A stretch of DNA of 64,000 nucleotides from an uncultured delta proteobacterium (lineage in GTDB: Bacteria > Desulfobacterota > Syntrophia > Syntrophales > UBA2185). The position numbers and the translations under genes are program-made. Shown piece after piece: positions 20,381 to 29,814 of this stretch; position 1 is the stretch's first letter, and every line of letters begins with the position of its first letter. A model generated the notes under the pieces. The model was not told the DNA's origin and searched no databases. It saw only the letters and a program-made list of their open reading frames with translations. The DNA lies in contig CAVSPA010000010.1 of NCBI GenBank assembly GCA_963729715.1, forward strand, positions 181,230 through 245,229, given 5' to 3'.

Positions 20381-21346
20381 TCAGTCGGGCTGATTAATGG
20401 CAGACAGCTGCCAGTTGCCGCTTCCTACAGACCTCGCAAAAGTCCAGTATTCTTCAAATTTAACGGGCTCTGTTTTGCTGCCTGTAAGCAAGTCGCCGCT
20501 TTCACCGACTGTGTAGTCAAGAAGGCTCGCCACGATCCTGGCGGTGATAAAATCCGTTCCGCCTTCCTGCCATGCCTCCGTGATTTCCACAGACCTGACG
20601 GCGATATTGTCGAGTTTGTTGATCTTCTTTTCGGCCTTCAATTTATTTCCGTCTCTCTGCAAAATGCCGAACATTTCTTCTGTAAGTATATTCCTGACAA
20701 GGCTCATGTCGCGGTTAATCCACGCACCCTGAATCTTGAAGAAGTTATCCATGCATAGATCCGAAAACCTTGCTTCATCAAAAGAGGGGTCCATCTGACG
20801 AATGTGGCGCAATCCCGTTTGGACGTCAGCTTCGGTGTGTCCCTGATCCCGGGAAGAATCTGCAAATCCTGTCTGTTGTCCTATTGATGGGGAAACGCCG
20901 GCTTGGTAATGGTAGCCTGCCGTAGGTGCCGCTTCTCTGCGCCTCTTGATGAGCATATATAAAATGTAAAGCAGACCGCCGATGAGGATGATATCCAAAA
21001 GTCCGATGCCACTCCCGCCGAAACCGCCCATGCCCATGCCGTGGCTGAGTCCGCTAAAGAGCAAGCTGCCCAAAAAGCCGCCTGCCACGCCCATGGCAAG
21101 CCCTCTCCACATGCTCGGTTGCTGCTGCGGCAGCTGCGGAGTCATCGGTTGAGTGAGAGTCATTGACGGACTGGACGGTGATGGCGCCGAGTATGGTCTG
21201 CTGGGAGAGCTGAAAGACCGCGAACCGCGGCTGCCCATAGACATGCCGCCTCCCGCTCTGGCAAAAGCATCCAGCTCCATTATCCCAATGAAAAAAAACA
21301 GGAATACGAAAATGGTTACTCCTATTTCCCAATTTCTTCGCGACAT
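20381..21346 (-). CDS. Tim44 domain-containing membrane protein
   Basis: ARAGGG.SMGSRGSRSF N-terminus, Gly-rich TM region, C-terminal DPSFD...FEEYWTF...WQLSAINQ. Confidence 0.9.
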   Translation of the reverse strand: MSRRNWEIGVTIFVFLFFFIGIMELDAFARAGGGMSMGSRGSRSFSSPSRPYSAPSPSSPSMTLTQPMTPQLPQQQPSMWRGLAMGVAGGFLGSLLFSGLSHGMGMGGFGGSGIGLLDIILIGGLLYILYMLIKRRREAAPTAGYHYQAGVSPSIGQQTGFADSSRDQGHTEADVQTGLRHIRQMDPSFDEARFSDLCMDNFFKIQGAWINRDMSLVRNILTEEMFGILQRDGNKLKAEKKINKLDNIAVRSVEITEAWQEGGTDFITARIVASLLDYTVGESGDLLTGSKTEPVKFEEYWTFARSVGSGNWQLSAINQPD

Positions 21347-21425
21347 ATTTGCTCCTCCTTCGAGTTACTTAGCATCTGTGCGTATCTCTCGGATTGAGAG
21401 ATACAAGTGCAAACTTTGGGGCTGG

Positions 21426-21454
21426 ATTGTAGAAGATATGTTCCCAAGTGTCAA
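21426..21454 (-). promoter_or_regulatory. Sigma70-type promoter for the Tim44 gene
   Basis: TTGACA-17 nt-TACAAT on the minus strand. Confidence 0.7.
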
Positions 21455-21599
21455 CATCTCCTTTTCATCTCCTTTTCGTTTTGTCTTTTTCAGACAGATG
21501 TTGTATTAGAGGCTTCTGTAAGGGTTTGCCTGGATATACTTCTCGAAATCATGATATACAGAAATACCTCATATGCGTATAAATAATTGAGGAATATGT

Positions 21600-22379
21600 A
21601 TGGGTGTTTACGACTTAGACGGAAAAATTATACAAGCGGCGGATCTGATAGTGCATACCAGGAATGTGGTCGTGTTTACAGGTGCCGGCGTTAGCACGGA
21701 GTCAGGCATTCCCGATTTTCGCAGCCCCGGTGGGATATGGACAAAATTCGATCCGGAAGATTTTACAATTCAAAAATTCCTCTCAAGCCCGGCGACAAGA
21801 AAAAAACAATGGCAGATGCTTCTTGATGGAGGCTTGTTTGCCAATGCCCAACCAAACAGGGCCCACCTTGCCGTTGCCCTGCTGGAGGAGATCGGTAAAC
21901 TGAACTGTGTAATCACCCAGAATGTCGACAACCTTCATCAGAGGGCCGGAAACTCTCCGGAGAAGGTCTATGAGCTGCACGGCAATATGAGGTGGCTGAA
22001 ATGCATGAGCTGTGATGCGCGCTATCCTGTGGGTGACGTCACAGATAGCTTCCGTGCCAAGGGGGAAGTCCCAGACTGCGAACGCTGCCACGGGATTCTA
22101 AAGCCGGATGTAGTTTTCTTTGGCGAACTCCTGCCCGAATGGACATTGAAAAATGCGACTGCTCATGCCACCAGATGCGAGCTCATGATTGTCATCGGGT
22201 CGTCTCTTGTCGTGTACCCGGCTGCGTACATGCCCATGTATGCTAAAGAGTCCGGGGCCAAACTGGTGATCATCAACAATACGCCCACGTCCTGCGATGA
22301 TGTTGCGGATGTTGTAATCCATCATTCTGCCGGAGTAGTGATGGAGAGCATAATGGAAAATGTCAGAAAGAGACTCTGA
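21600..22379 (+). CDS. cobB: NAD-dependent protein deacylase (sirtuin)
   Basis: GAGVSTESGIPDFR, TQNVDNLH, ELHGN, CxxC/CxxC zinc, KPDVVFFGE, GSSLVVYPAA. Confidence 0.95.
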   Translation: MGVYDLDGKIIQAADLIVHTRNVVVFTGAGVSTESGIPDFRSPGGIWTKFDPEDFTIQKFLSSPATRKKQWQMLLDGGLFANAQPNRAHLAVALLEEIGKLNCVITQNVDNLHQRAGNSPEKVYELHGNMRWLKCMSCDARYPVGDVTDSFRAKGEVPDCERCHGILKPDVVFFGELLPEWTLKNATAHATRCELMIVIGSSLVVYPAAYMPMYAKESGAKLVIINNTPTSCDDVADVVIHHSAGVVMESIMENVRKRL

Positions 22380-22387
22380 GCGAGAAG

Positions 22388-22924
22388 ATGCCGAATATTG
22401 TTGCCATAGAAACGGAAAGACTGAAACTGGTGCCGCTGAATCTCGAAAGCATAAATCCGGACGACCATCAGAGGATTGAGCAGAAGCTGGGCTTGCAGCT
22501 GGCGAGCATGATCCTGGGCGAGCAAATTGACAGGAAAATAAAAGCGGCCATGAGAGCCTCCCTCGAAGATGTAATAAGAAACAAGAAGCAGGATCAATGG
22601 TATGCGGACTGGCAAAGCGTCCTGATCATACTAAAAAAGGAAAACGCGATCATAGGGGGATTCTGTTTCCAGAGGTATCCTGATGAAGACGGCACGGTTC
22701 AAATCGGATATATGATCAGACCGGAGTATCAGAGAGAGGGATACATGACGGAGGCTCTGAAAAAAGGAATCTCATGGATATTTGAGCGCCCTGATATATC
22801 GGCCTTGCTTGCAGACACTACGAAATCTAACCGGCCGTCGCACAGGGTGCTGGAAAAGGTCGGCATGGTCGTATATAAAGAAACGGATAATAGTATCTGG
22901 TGGAGGATCGAGAGATGTGCCTGA
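22388..22924 (+). CDS. GNAT-family N-acetyltransferase (RimJ/RimL-like)
   Basis: IETERL, QIGYMIRPEYQREGYMTEA, SNRPSHRVLEKVG. Confidence 0.88.
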   Translation: MPNIVAIETERLKLVPLNLESINPDDHQRIEQKLGLQLASMILGEQIDRKIKAAMRASLEDVIRNKKQDQWYADWQSVLIILKKENAIIGGFCFQRYPDEDGTVQIGYMIRPEYQREGYMTEALKKGISWIFERPDISALLADTTKSNRPSHRVLEKVGMVVYKETDNSIWWRIERCA

Positions 22925-23685
22925 TTATCTTGTCCTACAAAGTCCATGATAGATACCCTTTCATCCTTGCGGCTAATAGGGATGAGTTCTACGAGAGGCC
23001 TTCGGCACCGGTTTCTTTATGGGAGGATGCCGTGGGCGTGATCGCGGGGAAGGATTTGCTGAGGGGTGGAACTTGGCTGGGTATCAGGAAGACGGGAAGT
23101 CTCGCCATGCTCACCAACTACCGTGAACCAACGCCTTTTGGGCGGAACGCCCCATCGCGGGGGTGGCTCGTAAGGGATTTTCTTGTGAGCGAGGAGGAAC
23201 CGGAATCATATATCGAAACTGTTGCGGCCAAGAAAGATCAATATAACGGGTTCAATATGATCATCGGAGACCTGAATCGCCTGTTCTACTTTTCCAACCG
23301 CGGTGAAATGCTTGAACTGTCACCGGGCCTTTACGGTTTGAGCAACAGTATCCTCGATACGCCCTGGCCCAAGATCGAGCGAGCGAAAAAGGCGATAGAG
23401 TCCTTGCTCACAAGTAAAGAAGATCCTCTTCCGGAAGAGATTTTCGCAATCCTGAAAGACCGGTCAAAACCGGAGGCCAGCGAACTGCCTGATACGGGCG
23501 TGGGGCTGGAATGGGAACGGATTCTTTCCTCTATATTTATAACGAGCCCCATCTATGGCACCCGCTCCTCCTCAGTTATTATGATTGACAGAAAGAACCA
23601 TTGCATGTTTATAGAAAGGGTCTTTAATGCACATCCCGAACCGTGGATGGAGGCAAGGTTTGACTTCCGGCTTCATGGTAATTGA
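22915..23685 (+). CDS. NRDE/TANGO2-family protein
   Basis: N-terminal MCL, AANRDEFY, GGTWLG, SRG.LV.DFL, LSN..LDTPWPK, YGTRSS. Confidence 0.93.
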   Translation: MCLIILSYKVHDRYPFILAANRDEFYERPSAPVSLWEDAVGVIAGKDLLRGGTWLGIRKTGSLAMLTNYREPTPFGRNAPSRGWLVRDFLVSEEEPESYIETVAAKKDQYNGFNMIIGDLNRLFYFSNRGEMLELSPGLYGLSNSILDTPWPKIERAKKAIESLLTSKEDPLPEEIFAILKDRSKPEASELPDTGVGLEWERILSSIFITSPIYGTRSSSVIMIDRKNHCMFIERVFNAHPEPWMEARFDFRLHGN

Positions 23686-23716
23686 GTGAAGTCAGAGACA
23701 GAAGAGAAGGCGCAAG

Positions 23717-24157
23717 ATGTCGAGGCGTGAATATCCGGACAGGCCGATTTGTGGAGTCGGAGCGGTCGTAATCAGAGAAGGGAAGGTGCTCCTTGTAAGA
23801 CGCGGTGTCGATCCGAATAAGGGACTGTGGGCAATCCCCGGAGGCTCACTAAACTTAGGCGAAACCCTGCAGGAAGGTGCGGAAAGGGAGATTCTCGAAG
23901 AAACCGGCGTTACCATCAAGGCAGGAGCACCTGTCTACTCCTTTGATTTTTTTGAAGAGGATAGTGAAGGGCGGATGCGCTTTCATTATGTGATTGTGGA
24001 CATGATCGCTGATTACGTATGCGGTGAGGCGAAGGGAGCTGACGATGCCCTCGAAGCGAGGTGGGTTGCACCTGCGGAGCTCAGACATATGCACGTCTCA
24101 AGAAATACCCTGAGGATTCTGGATTTCTTGAAAAGTCATTTTCGCGAGGAGGTGTAG
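23717..24157 (+). CDS. NUDIX hydrolase (ADP-ribose pyrophosphatase-like)
   Basis: YPDRPICGVG, Nudix box GG..LGETLQEGAEREILEETG. Confidence 0.9.
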   Translation: MSRREYPDRPICGVGAVVIREGKVLLVRRGVDPNKGLWAIPGGSLNLGETLQEGAEREILEETGVTIKAGAPVYSFDFFEEDSEGRMRFHYVIVDMIADYVCGEAKGADDALEARWVAPAELRHMHVSRNTLRILDFLKSHFREEV

Positions 24158-24159
24158 TC

Positions 24160-24906
24160 ATGAAGGTCATTTATCACAAGGACTTTAATCAAACATACTG
24201 TTCTGATCCTGCCGCTGCGCCGGGCCGCATCGAGGCAGTCGTCAAGGCAATCCGTGACAAATGGACTCTTGTAGATGCAGTTCCCGCCCGGAAAGAAGAC
24301 ATTGGCGCTTGTCATACACCATCTCATATGGAAAGAGTGGCGAGAGAAGGGGTATATGATATTGCTGCGCTGGCGGCCGGAGGCGCCATACAGGCTGCCG
24401 AGATTGGCTTGCTGGAGCCATGTTTTGCCGTGATCAGGCCGCCCGGGCACCACGCCTCTGCCAATAGTGCATGGGGGTTCTGCTATTTTAACAATATGGC
24501 GATCGCTCTCGAAAAGTTAAAACGGGAAAACCGGATTAAGAAGGCGTTCGTGCTGGATATCGATCTTCATTTCGGCGATGGAACAGTGAATATCCTGGAA
24601 GGGACCGGTTATGTGTCCATCTGCAATCCTACGGCATCCAACCCGGAAGAATATCTGAAAAGTGTAAAAAGCCGCCTCTCTGAGGAGAAGGTAGATATCA
24701 TAGGGGTATCTGCTGGTTTTGACAATCATGAACAGGATTGGGGCGGGCTCCTTTCAACAGCTGACTATACGGCGATTGGAAAAATGGTCAGGGATGCCAG
24801 CAAGAAAAACGGTGGAGGCTGTTTTGCCATCCTGGAAGGCGGGTATAATCATTCCGTTCTGGGACAGAACGTAATGGCTTTCATCGAGGGCATGGAAGGG
24901 AAGTAA
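24160..24906 (+). CDS. Zn-dependent histone deacetylase-family protein (short form)
   Basis: RPPGHH, GFCYFNN, DIDLHFGDGT, SAGFD, LEGGY; SD GGAGG before ATG at 24160. Confidence 0.93.
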   Translation: MKVIYHKDFNQTYCSDPAAAPGRIEAVVKAIRDKWTLVDAVPARKEDIGACHTPSHMERVAREGVYDIAALAAGGAIQAAEIGLLEPCFAVIRPPGHHASANSAWGFCYFNNMAIALEKLKRENRIKKAFVLDIDLHFGDGTVNILEGTGYVSICNPTASNPEEYLKSVKSRLSEEKVDIIGVSAGFDNHEQDWGGLLSTADYTAIGKMVRDASKKNGGGCFAILEGGYNHSVLGQNVMAFIEGMEGK

Positions 24907-24947
24907 AAAAAAGCAGGGATGGTTCAAATGCCATCCTTGCTTTTTTT
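24905..24947. terminator. Bidirectional rho-independent terminator
   Basis: A-tract, stem gcagggatgg / ccatccttgc, T-tract, between convergent genes. Confidence 0.85.
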
Positions 24948-24982
24948 CTATGCTCAGTATCAGCGATTAGACTTAAACTGTT

Positions 24983-26209
24983 TCAGTAACCCATCTTCTT
25001 CATGAAGCCCTGTCCGCTCAGTGGTTGTCTCTCTACCAATTGACCAACTTTCACCCTTTTTAAATCTTGCGGTTTGCCTTCCACTGTAACCCACGCGCTT
25101 TCCGCCTGGACCTGGTCTGTTACCGTCAGCTCAACAGGCAGTTTCACGATGTTGCAGGTTATCTTCTTGCTTCCACTCACAGGATCTTCGTCCTCCATTT
25201 CTTCGAATGTGTAAGCAATCATCTTTGTACCCGGCTTGAGCCCGACTTTTTCGCCAATGTTCAAATTTGCATATCTTTCCTTTTCATCCTGGCGCGTCCG
25301 CAATTGTCTTATATAACCTTTGACGGTGAACCATTTGGATAGTTTTGGCCTTGTGTTTTCTATTCCTTTGGATGCCGCCTTCTTGATGCCACCGACCAAG
25401 GCATCGTAGTTAGGGTAGGGGATTTTGCCGATATTAACTTTCCCGATGACCTTATCTGATAATAGAACTTCACCTGTTTCTACATCAAGAATTCTCAGTG
25501 TCAGCTCCGTACCGATGTTCCAGCCTTCCTGCGCTTCCAGACCGGCTGCCATCGCCGAGCCCAAGAGGTCAACGCCCCAACTGCCGCTGCCTCCTCTGCC
25601 AAGACCCTGTCTGGCAGACTCGTAGCTCTTGTACGATAGATCAACGTTATTGACAGAACCTGTGATGATGTATTTTACGCCGGCAAATTTTCCGAGTCTT
25701 ACCAACGTCGATTCATCCACGAGCCCCGAACGCTGGAACTTTTGTTCCGATATGATTTTGTCCATTTCTTTTCTCGTAAAAACCTTCGCCCCTCCCATAT
25801 TCACTAATTCGTTCATCACGCCGTCTTCAACACTCTCGGGGAGCTTTGCATTTATCTGTCTCTGCGTTACTTCTGAATCTCTCTGAAACTGCCGCTTTTC
25901 CTTGGTGCCCCAGACAACGCCGGCAGCTCCTGGAACAACACCGACAGCGGCGCCCCCTACGGCAGTTCGCTGACTTGCGCCCTGAACATGGGACTGTACC
26001 ACATTGGCATAATCAAAAGTGGAGTTGTTTGTAAAATTGACGACAGCAACTTTCGGGAGCATGGCGTCATACGCAGATTTGCATGCTTTAGGCGGCGACT
26101 CTTTCGGTCCTTTGTCTACAGGATATGCCATGGGATCGATCTTCGGCACAGCTGCGCAGGCAGCCAAAAAGAATGACGCAAGAAAAAGTAGTGCGACTCT
26201 CTTAAACAT
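24983..26209 (-). CDS. CsgG/HfaB-like lipoprotein with FlgT-C-like C-terminal domain
   Basis: Lipobox LAAC; VAVVNF, R.EMDKIISEQ, GVKYIITGSV, LRILDVETGEV; C-terminal LNIG..VGLKPG...DPVSG. Confidence 0.7.
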   Translation of the reverse strand: MFKRVALLFLASFFLAACAAVPKIDPMAYPVDKGPKESPPKACKSAYDAMLPKVAVVNFTNNSTFDYANVVQSHVQGASQRTAVGGAAVGVVPGAAGVVWGTKEKRQFQRDSEVTQRQINAKLPESVEDGVMNELVNMGGAKVFTRKEMDKIISEQKFQRSGLVDESTLVRLGKFAGVKYIITGSVNNVDLSYKSYESARQGLGRGGSGSWGVDLLGSAMAAGLEAQEGWNIGTELTLRILDVETGEVLLSDKVIGKVNIGKIPYPNYDALVGGIKKAASKGIENTRPKLSKWFTVKGYIRQLRTRQDEKERYANLNIGEKVGLKPGTKMIAYTFEEMEDEDPVSGSKKITCNIVKLPVELTVTDQVQAESAWVTVEGKPQDLKRVKVGQLVERQPLSGQGFMKKMGY

Positions 26210-26222
26210 GCAGCTCTCCTCC

Positions 26223-27353
26223 TTATTTCTGGTAATCCAATATCAGGGAATAGGGTGAAAAATTTACTACGTTAAAATTACCTTTCTGTTTTATGCTGTT
26301 GGCCAGATAGATTGAGTTCTCAGGGTAGCTGACTATGAACTCTCCCATCTGTTTATCCTCCACTCCTGTCACCCAAACAATGTTCTGCAGAGTATTTTTG
26401 ATTTCCATGTTCGTATCAAGGTCGGTTACCCCATTGACCTTTATGTTTATTTTTTTGACATTGCCCTTGACGTAGGATGCAACTTTATCAAGTATCTTGG
26501 GGGTCAATTTTTCTGCGAGGTCTTTAAGACCTTCCGCGGCGGCATCCTCAACGTTGTTCGCGAGACCTTTGCCCTGTGCGGTATCCGCCGTAAGAATCTC
26601 CATACTGCCCGTCTTGTTGTTCTTGGCAACGATGCGATAGGTCAGTCTTACAGTAACATTATTGAATGGCATGGAGAGTCCGTAGCCAATGTCCTCTCCC
26701 TTCTTTGTCGATATGGTGTAATCGACCTTGCCGATGATGATTATATTGGAGAGGAATTTATACATCATACTCCTCACGGCCATGGTACTGCCACTTTGCA
26801 CCGCCTTTTCGATTTCACGAGCGTCGACAGCCTGCGTCGGTGCCACGTCGACGACCTTATAGTTTTGATCGGTGAGTTTTCCGATGAGGGTCTCTGAAAG
26901 GATATTCGTTTCCTCGAATTCATCTCCACGCTTGCCTGGTTTCCTTGCCGGAATAAAGACGGCAAGGGAGTTGTTCAGGGCAAGGGAGGAAACGGCTTCC
27001 CTCGCCTTGGCAGGTTCAACACAGGCCGAGATTTTTACTGTGACCATGTCTTCTTTGCTGGCTTGGTCGAGGACCTTGTAGCTCTTGATGACTCCTTCAA
27101 CCTGCGTCTTTATCACGTCTTCGACGAGTGTGAAATTTTGCACAAAGCTCTGTGCCTTGATTTGTGTTCCGACCGTCTGTTCGATGGCTGCCCATTTAGC
27201 TCTGGCAATGGCTTCCGTTTTTGCCGAAGGGAGATCATTATTGATGATGGCTGCTTCTCCCTGGGTATTTACGCACTTTTCTTGACACAGGCCCGCTGAC
27301 ACGGAGACGAAGCTAAGTAACAGTGACGCAATAACGATGATTATTCTGTACAT
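26223..27353 (-). CDS. Exported protein with FlgT N-terminal-like domain
   Basis: Signal peptide; GEAAI...AKTEAIARAKWAAIEQTVG.QI pattern. Confidence 0.6.
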   Translation of the reverse strand: MYRIIIVIASLLLSFVSVSAGLCQEKCVNTQGEAAIINNDLPSAKTEAIARAKWAAIEQTVGTQIKAQSFVQNFTLVEDVIKTQVEGVIKSYKVLDQASKEDMVTVKISACVEPAKAREAVSSLALNNSLAVFIPARKPGKRGDEFEETNILSETLIGKLTDQNYKVVDVAPTQAVDAREIEKAVQSGSTMAVRSMMYKFLSNIIIIGKVDYTISTKKGEDIGYGLSMPFNNVTVRLTYRIVAKNNKTGSMEILTADTAQGKGLANNVEDAAAEGLKDLAEKLTPKILDKVASYVKGNVKKINIKVNGVTDLDTNMEIKNTLQNIVWVTGVEDKQMGEFIVSYPENSIYLANSIKQKGNFNVVNFSPYSLILDYQK

Positions 27354-27474
27354 TTTGCCCTTACCTCCGATGTGGGATCATAAGAACCGCGCAGCACTAT
27401 ACTGAAAAGGGTATGGTTTGTAAAGTACATTATGTTTTGCATGTCTTGAGGACCCTGTCTTCCAGTTCTCTCAC

Positions 27475-28851
27475 TCACTTGCCGATGCAAAAAGCAGAAA
27501 ATATTCTGTCCAGTACTTCTTCAGTAACCGTTTCTCCGGCTATTTCACCAAGACTTTCAAGTGCTTGGCGGATATCAAAAACCGAGAATTCAGGGGAAAG
27601 TCCCTGGAGGATGCCGTCCCGGGCCTTTGACAGGAGGTCCCTTGTTTTTTCGATGGCGATCTTATGGCGGATATTGGATACTATGTTCAGGGTGCGGCCA
27701 CGGTCCGGACCATTGAGAACAAGACTGTGGATTGCGTCTTTCAGTGCCGGTATGCCGTCGCCGTGTTTTGCTGATATCCATAGGGGCGGCATGACATCGG
27801 GATAAAGACCTGCCAACTCATTTCCGTCAAGGGCATGAGGAAGATCAGCTTTGTTGACGACTATGAAGAATTTTTTCGTTTTGCACCTCTCGACGATCTC
27901 GACGTCCTCTTTCGTCAAGGCCTCGCTGCCGTCGACAACGACTATTGCCACATCCGCCTGTGAAAGTTTTTCCCATACGAGATCTACGCCTTCTTTTTCG
28001 ACAACATTCTGTGGTTCTCTCAGTCCTGCCGTATCCGTGAGTTTCACAGGCACCCCCCTGATGGAGATGGTCTCCTCAATGAAATCCCTCGTTGTTCCCG
28101 GCAGGGCTGTCACGATGGCCCTTTTTTCACCGAGAAGCCTGTTTAACAGACTCGACTTTCCCACATTCGGCCTTCCCGCAATTACGGCATTAATGCCATC
28201 CCGGTATATTTTCCCCTCTTCGCATGTCGAAGCAAGTCCACTCAGTTCGTCGACAATGTCCGCGATATTTTTGGCGGCACTTAGGGGATCACCGACCGCT
28301 ATGTCTTCGTCCGAGAAATCGATGGATGTCTCGAGGACGGCGAGGATATCAATAATCGCCTTACGTATAGTTTCAATTTTGCAAGCCAAGTCACCTTTGA
28401 GTTGGGAGACGGCAAGGTCAAGGGCCCTGTCAGTTTGTGCCATGATCGTTTCCGCTACCGCCTCCGCTTGGGAAAGATCGATGCGGTTGTTGAGAAAGGC
28501 GCGTTTCGTGAATTCGCCTGGTTTTGCAAGACGTGCACCTGCTTTGATGACTTCTGAAAGCACGGACTGAAGAATAAAACCGCTGCCGTGGCAGTTGATC
28601 TCGAGAATGTCTTCTCCCGTATAAGAGTGAGGTTTCATCATGAAGGAAATAAGAACTTCATCGATGACTCTGCCGGTGCCAGGTGAAATAATGTCTCCGT
28701 GATATAGTCGATGGCTGTTGAAGCCGTCAGTATTGTTTGATGGTCTGAAAATGAGGGAGGCGATATCTCCGGACCTGGGGCCGCTCACGCGTATGATGCC
28801 GATCGCTCCCGTACCCGGAGGAGTGGCTATGGCCGCTATCGTGTCTTCCAA
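27475..28851 (-). CDS. mnmE: tRNA modification GTPase MnmE
   Basis: DTIAAIATP, GEFTKRAFLN, GRPNVGKSS, GTTRD, C-terminal FCIGK. Confidence 0.98.
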   Translation of the reverse strand: MEDTIAAIATPPGTGAIGIIRVSGPRSGDIASLIFRPSNNTDGFNSHRLYHGDIISPGTGRVIDEVLISFMMKPHSYTGEDILEINCHGSGFILQSVLSEVIKAGARLAKPGEFTKRAFLNNRIDLSQAEAVAETIMAQTDRALDLAVSQLKGDLACKIETIRKAIIDILAVLETSIDFSDEDIAVGDPLSAAKNIADIVDELSGLASTCEEGKIYRDGINAVIAGRPNVGKSSLLNRLLGEKRAIVTALPGTTRDFIEETISIRGVPVKLTDTAGLREPQNVVEKEGVDLVWEKLSQADVAIVVVDGSEALTKEDVEIVERCKTKKFFIVVNKADLPHALDGNELAGLYPDVMPPLWISAKHGDGIPALKDAIHSLVLNGPDRGRTLNIVSNIRHKIAIEKTRDLLSKARDGILQGLSPEFSVFDIRQALESLGEIAGETVTEEVLDRIFSAFCIGK

Positions 28852-29061
28852 GTCTGATAACCTCTCGAAAGCTAAATATCAAGTTAAGAAAAGGGTGATG
28901 ATAAGGGCGAAAGTCAGAAGAGGTATCTTCTGACAAGCTCAGATTAAGACTCGCCTAAAGTGTGAGATATACAAGGGTGTGCAGCGTAGTTGCCCCGAGC
29001 CAGCATAGGAAGAGATGAATAGGCAAAATTACAGTTCCGGGCACATAGCACGCTGCCAAAC

Positions 29062-29796
29062 CTAACTCTTCTTGGCCGGCATAATAACGATTTTTCTGAA
29101 TTCCCCTTCGCCCCGGCTTTTTGTAGTCAATGACTCGTCATTTTGCAAAGCAAGATGGATGACGCGGCGGTCATGGGCGTTCATGTGTCCTACAGTCAAC
29201 GCCTTCTTTGACCTTTTTACTTTTTCTGCCAGCCTTCCTGCCAGCGCAATGAGTGACTCTTCCCTTTTCTTTCTGTAGGATTCCGTATCCACAACGATCA
29301 TCTTGCGGTTGTTTGAATTCTTGCTTACTGACTTGTTCACAATGTACTGTATGGCATCTAAGTTCTGCCCTCTCTTGCCTATAAGTAAGCCACTGCCATC
29401 ACCCTTGATATTTAACAGAATCGTATCATCATTTTCGTCAACGGTTAATGGGCAATCAAGGCTCATTCTCTGCAAGATGCCTTGCAAGATTCTTTTTGCC
29501 CTCACTGCGGGTCTCTCTGCGGAATCTTCGGGCCCCGCCGGTTCTATCGAATCTGAAACAACAGATGATTTGCTTTGAGCACCTTTTCGGGATTGTGCAG
29601 GCGGCGTATCCATGGCCATATCAATGGACATGATACTTGCTTTAATTTTTGCCTTTTTAGAGCCGAGGCCGAGGAATCCCGTCGCGCCGTCTGAAATGAT
29701 CTCTATGTTAAGTTTTTCCCTCGGAACGTTGAATTCGCTGCAGGCTTTTTCAATGGCCTCGTCTATTGTCTTCCCTTCGATTTCTATAGAATTCAT
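29062..29796 (-). CDS. jag: RNA-binding protein Jag/EloR/KhpB
   Basis: Jag_N domain, KH GLLIGKRG, R3H DRRVIH. Confidence 0.93.
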   Translation of the reverse strand: MNSIEIEGKTIDEAIEKACSEFNVPREKLNIEIISDGATGFLGLGSKKAKIKASIMSIDMAMDTPPAQSRKGAQSKSSVVSDSIEPAGPEDSAERPAVRAKRILQGILQRMSLDCPLTVDENDDTILLNIKGDGSGLLIGKRGQNLDAIQYIVNKSVSKNSNNRKMIVVDTESYRKKREESLIALAGRLAEKVKRSKKALTVGHMNAHDRRVIHLALQNDESLTTKSRGEGEFRKIVIMPAKKS

Positions 29797-29814
29797 AATA
29801 ACTACCTCAATTCA

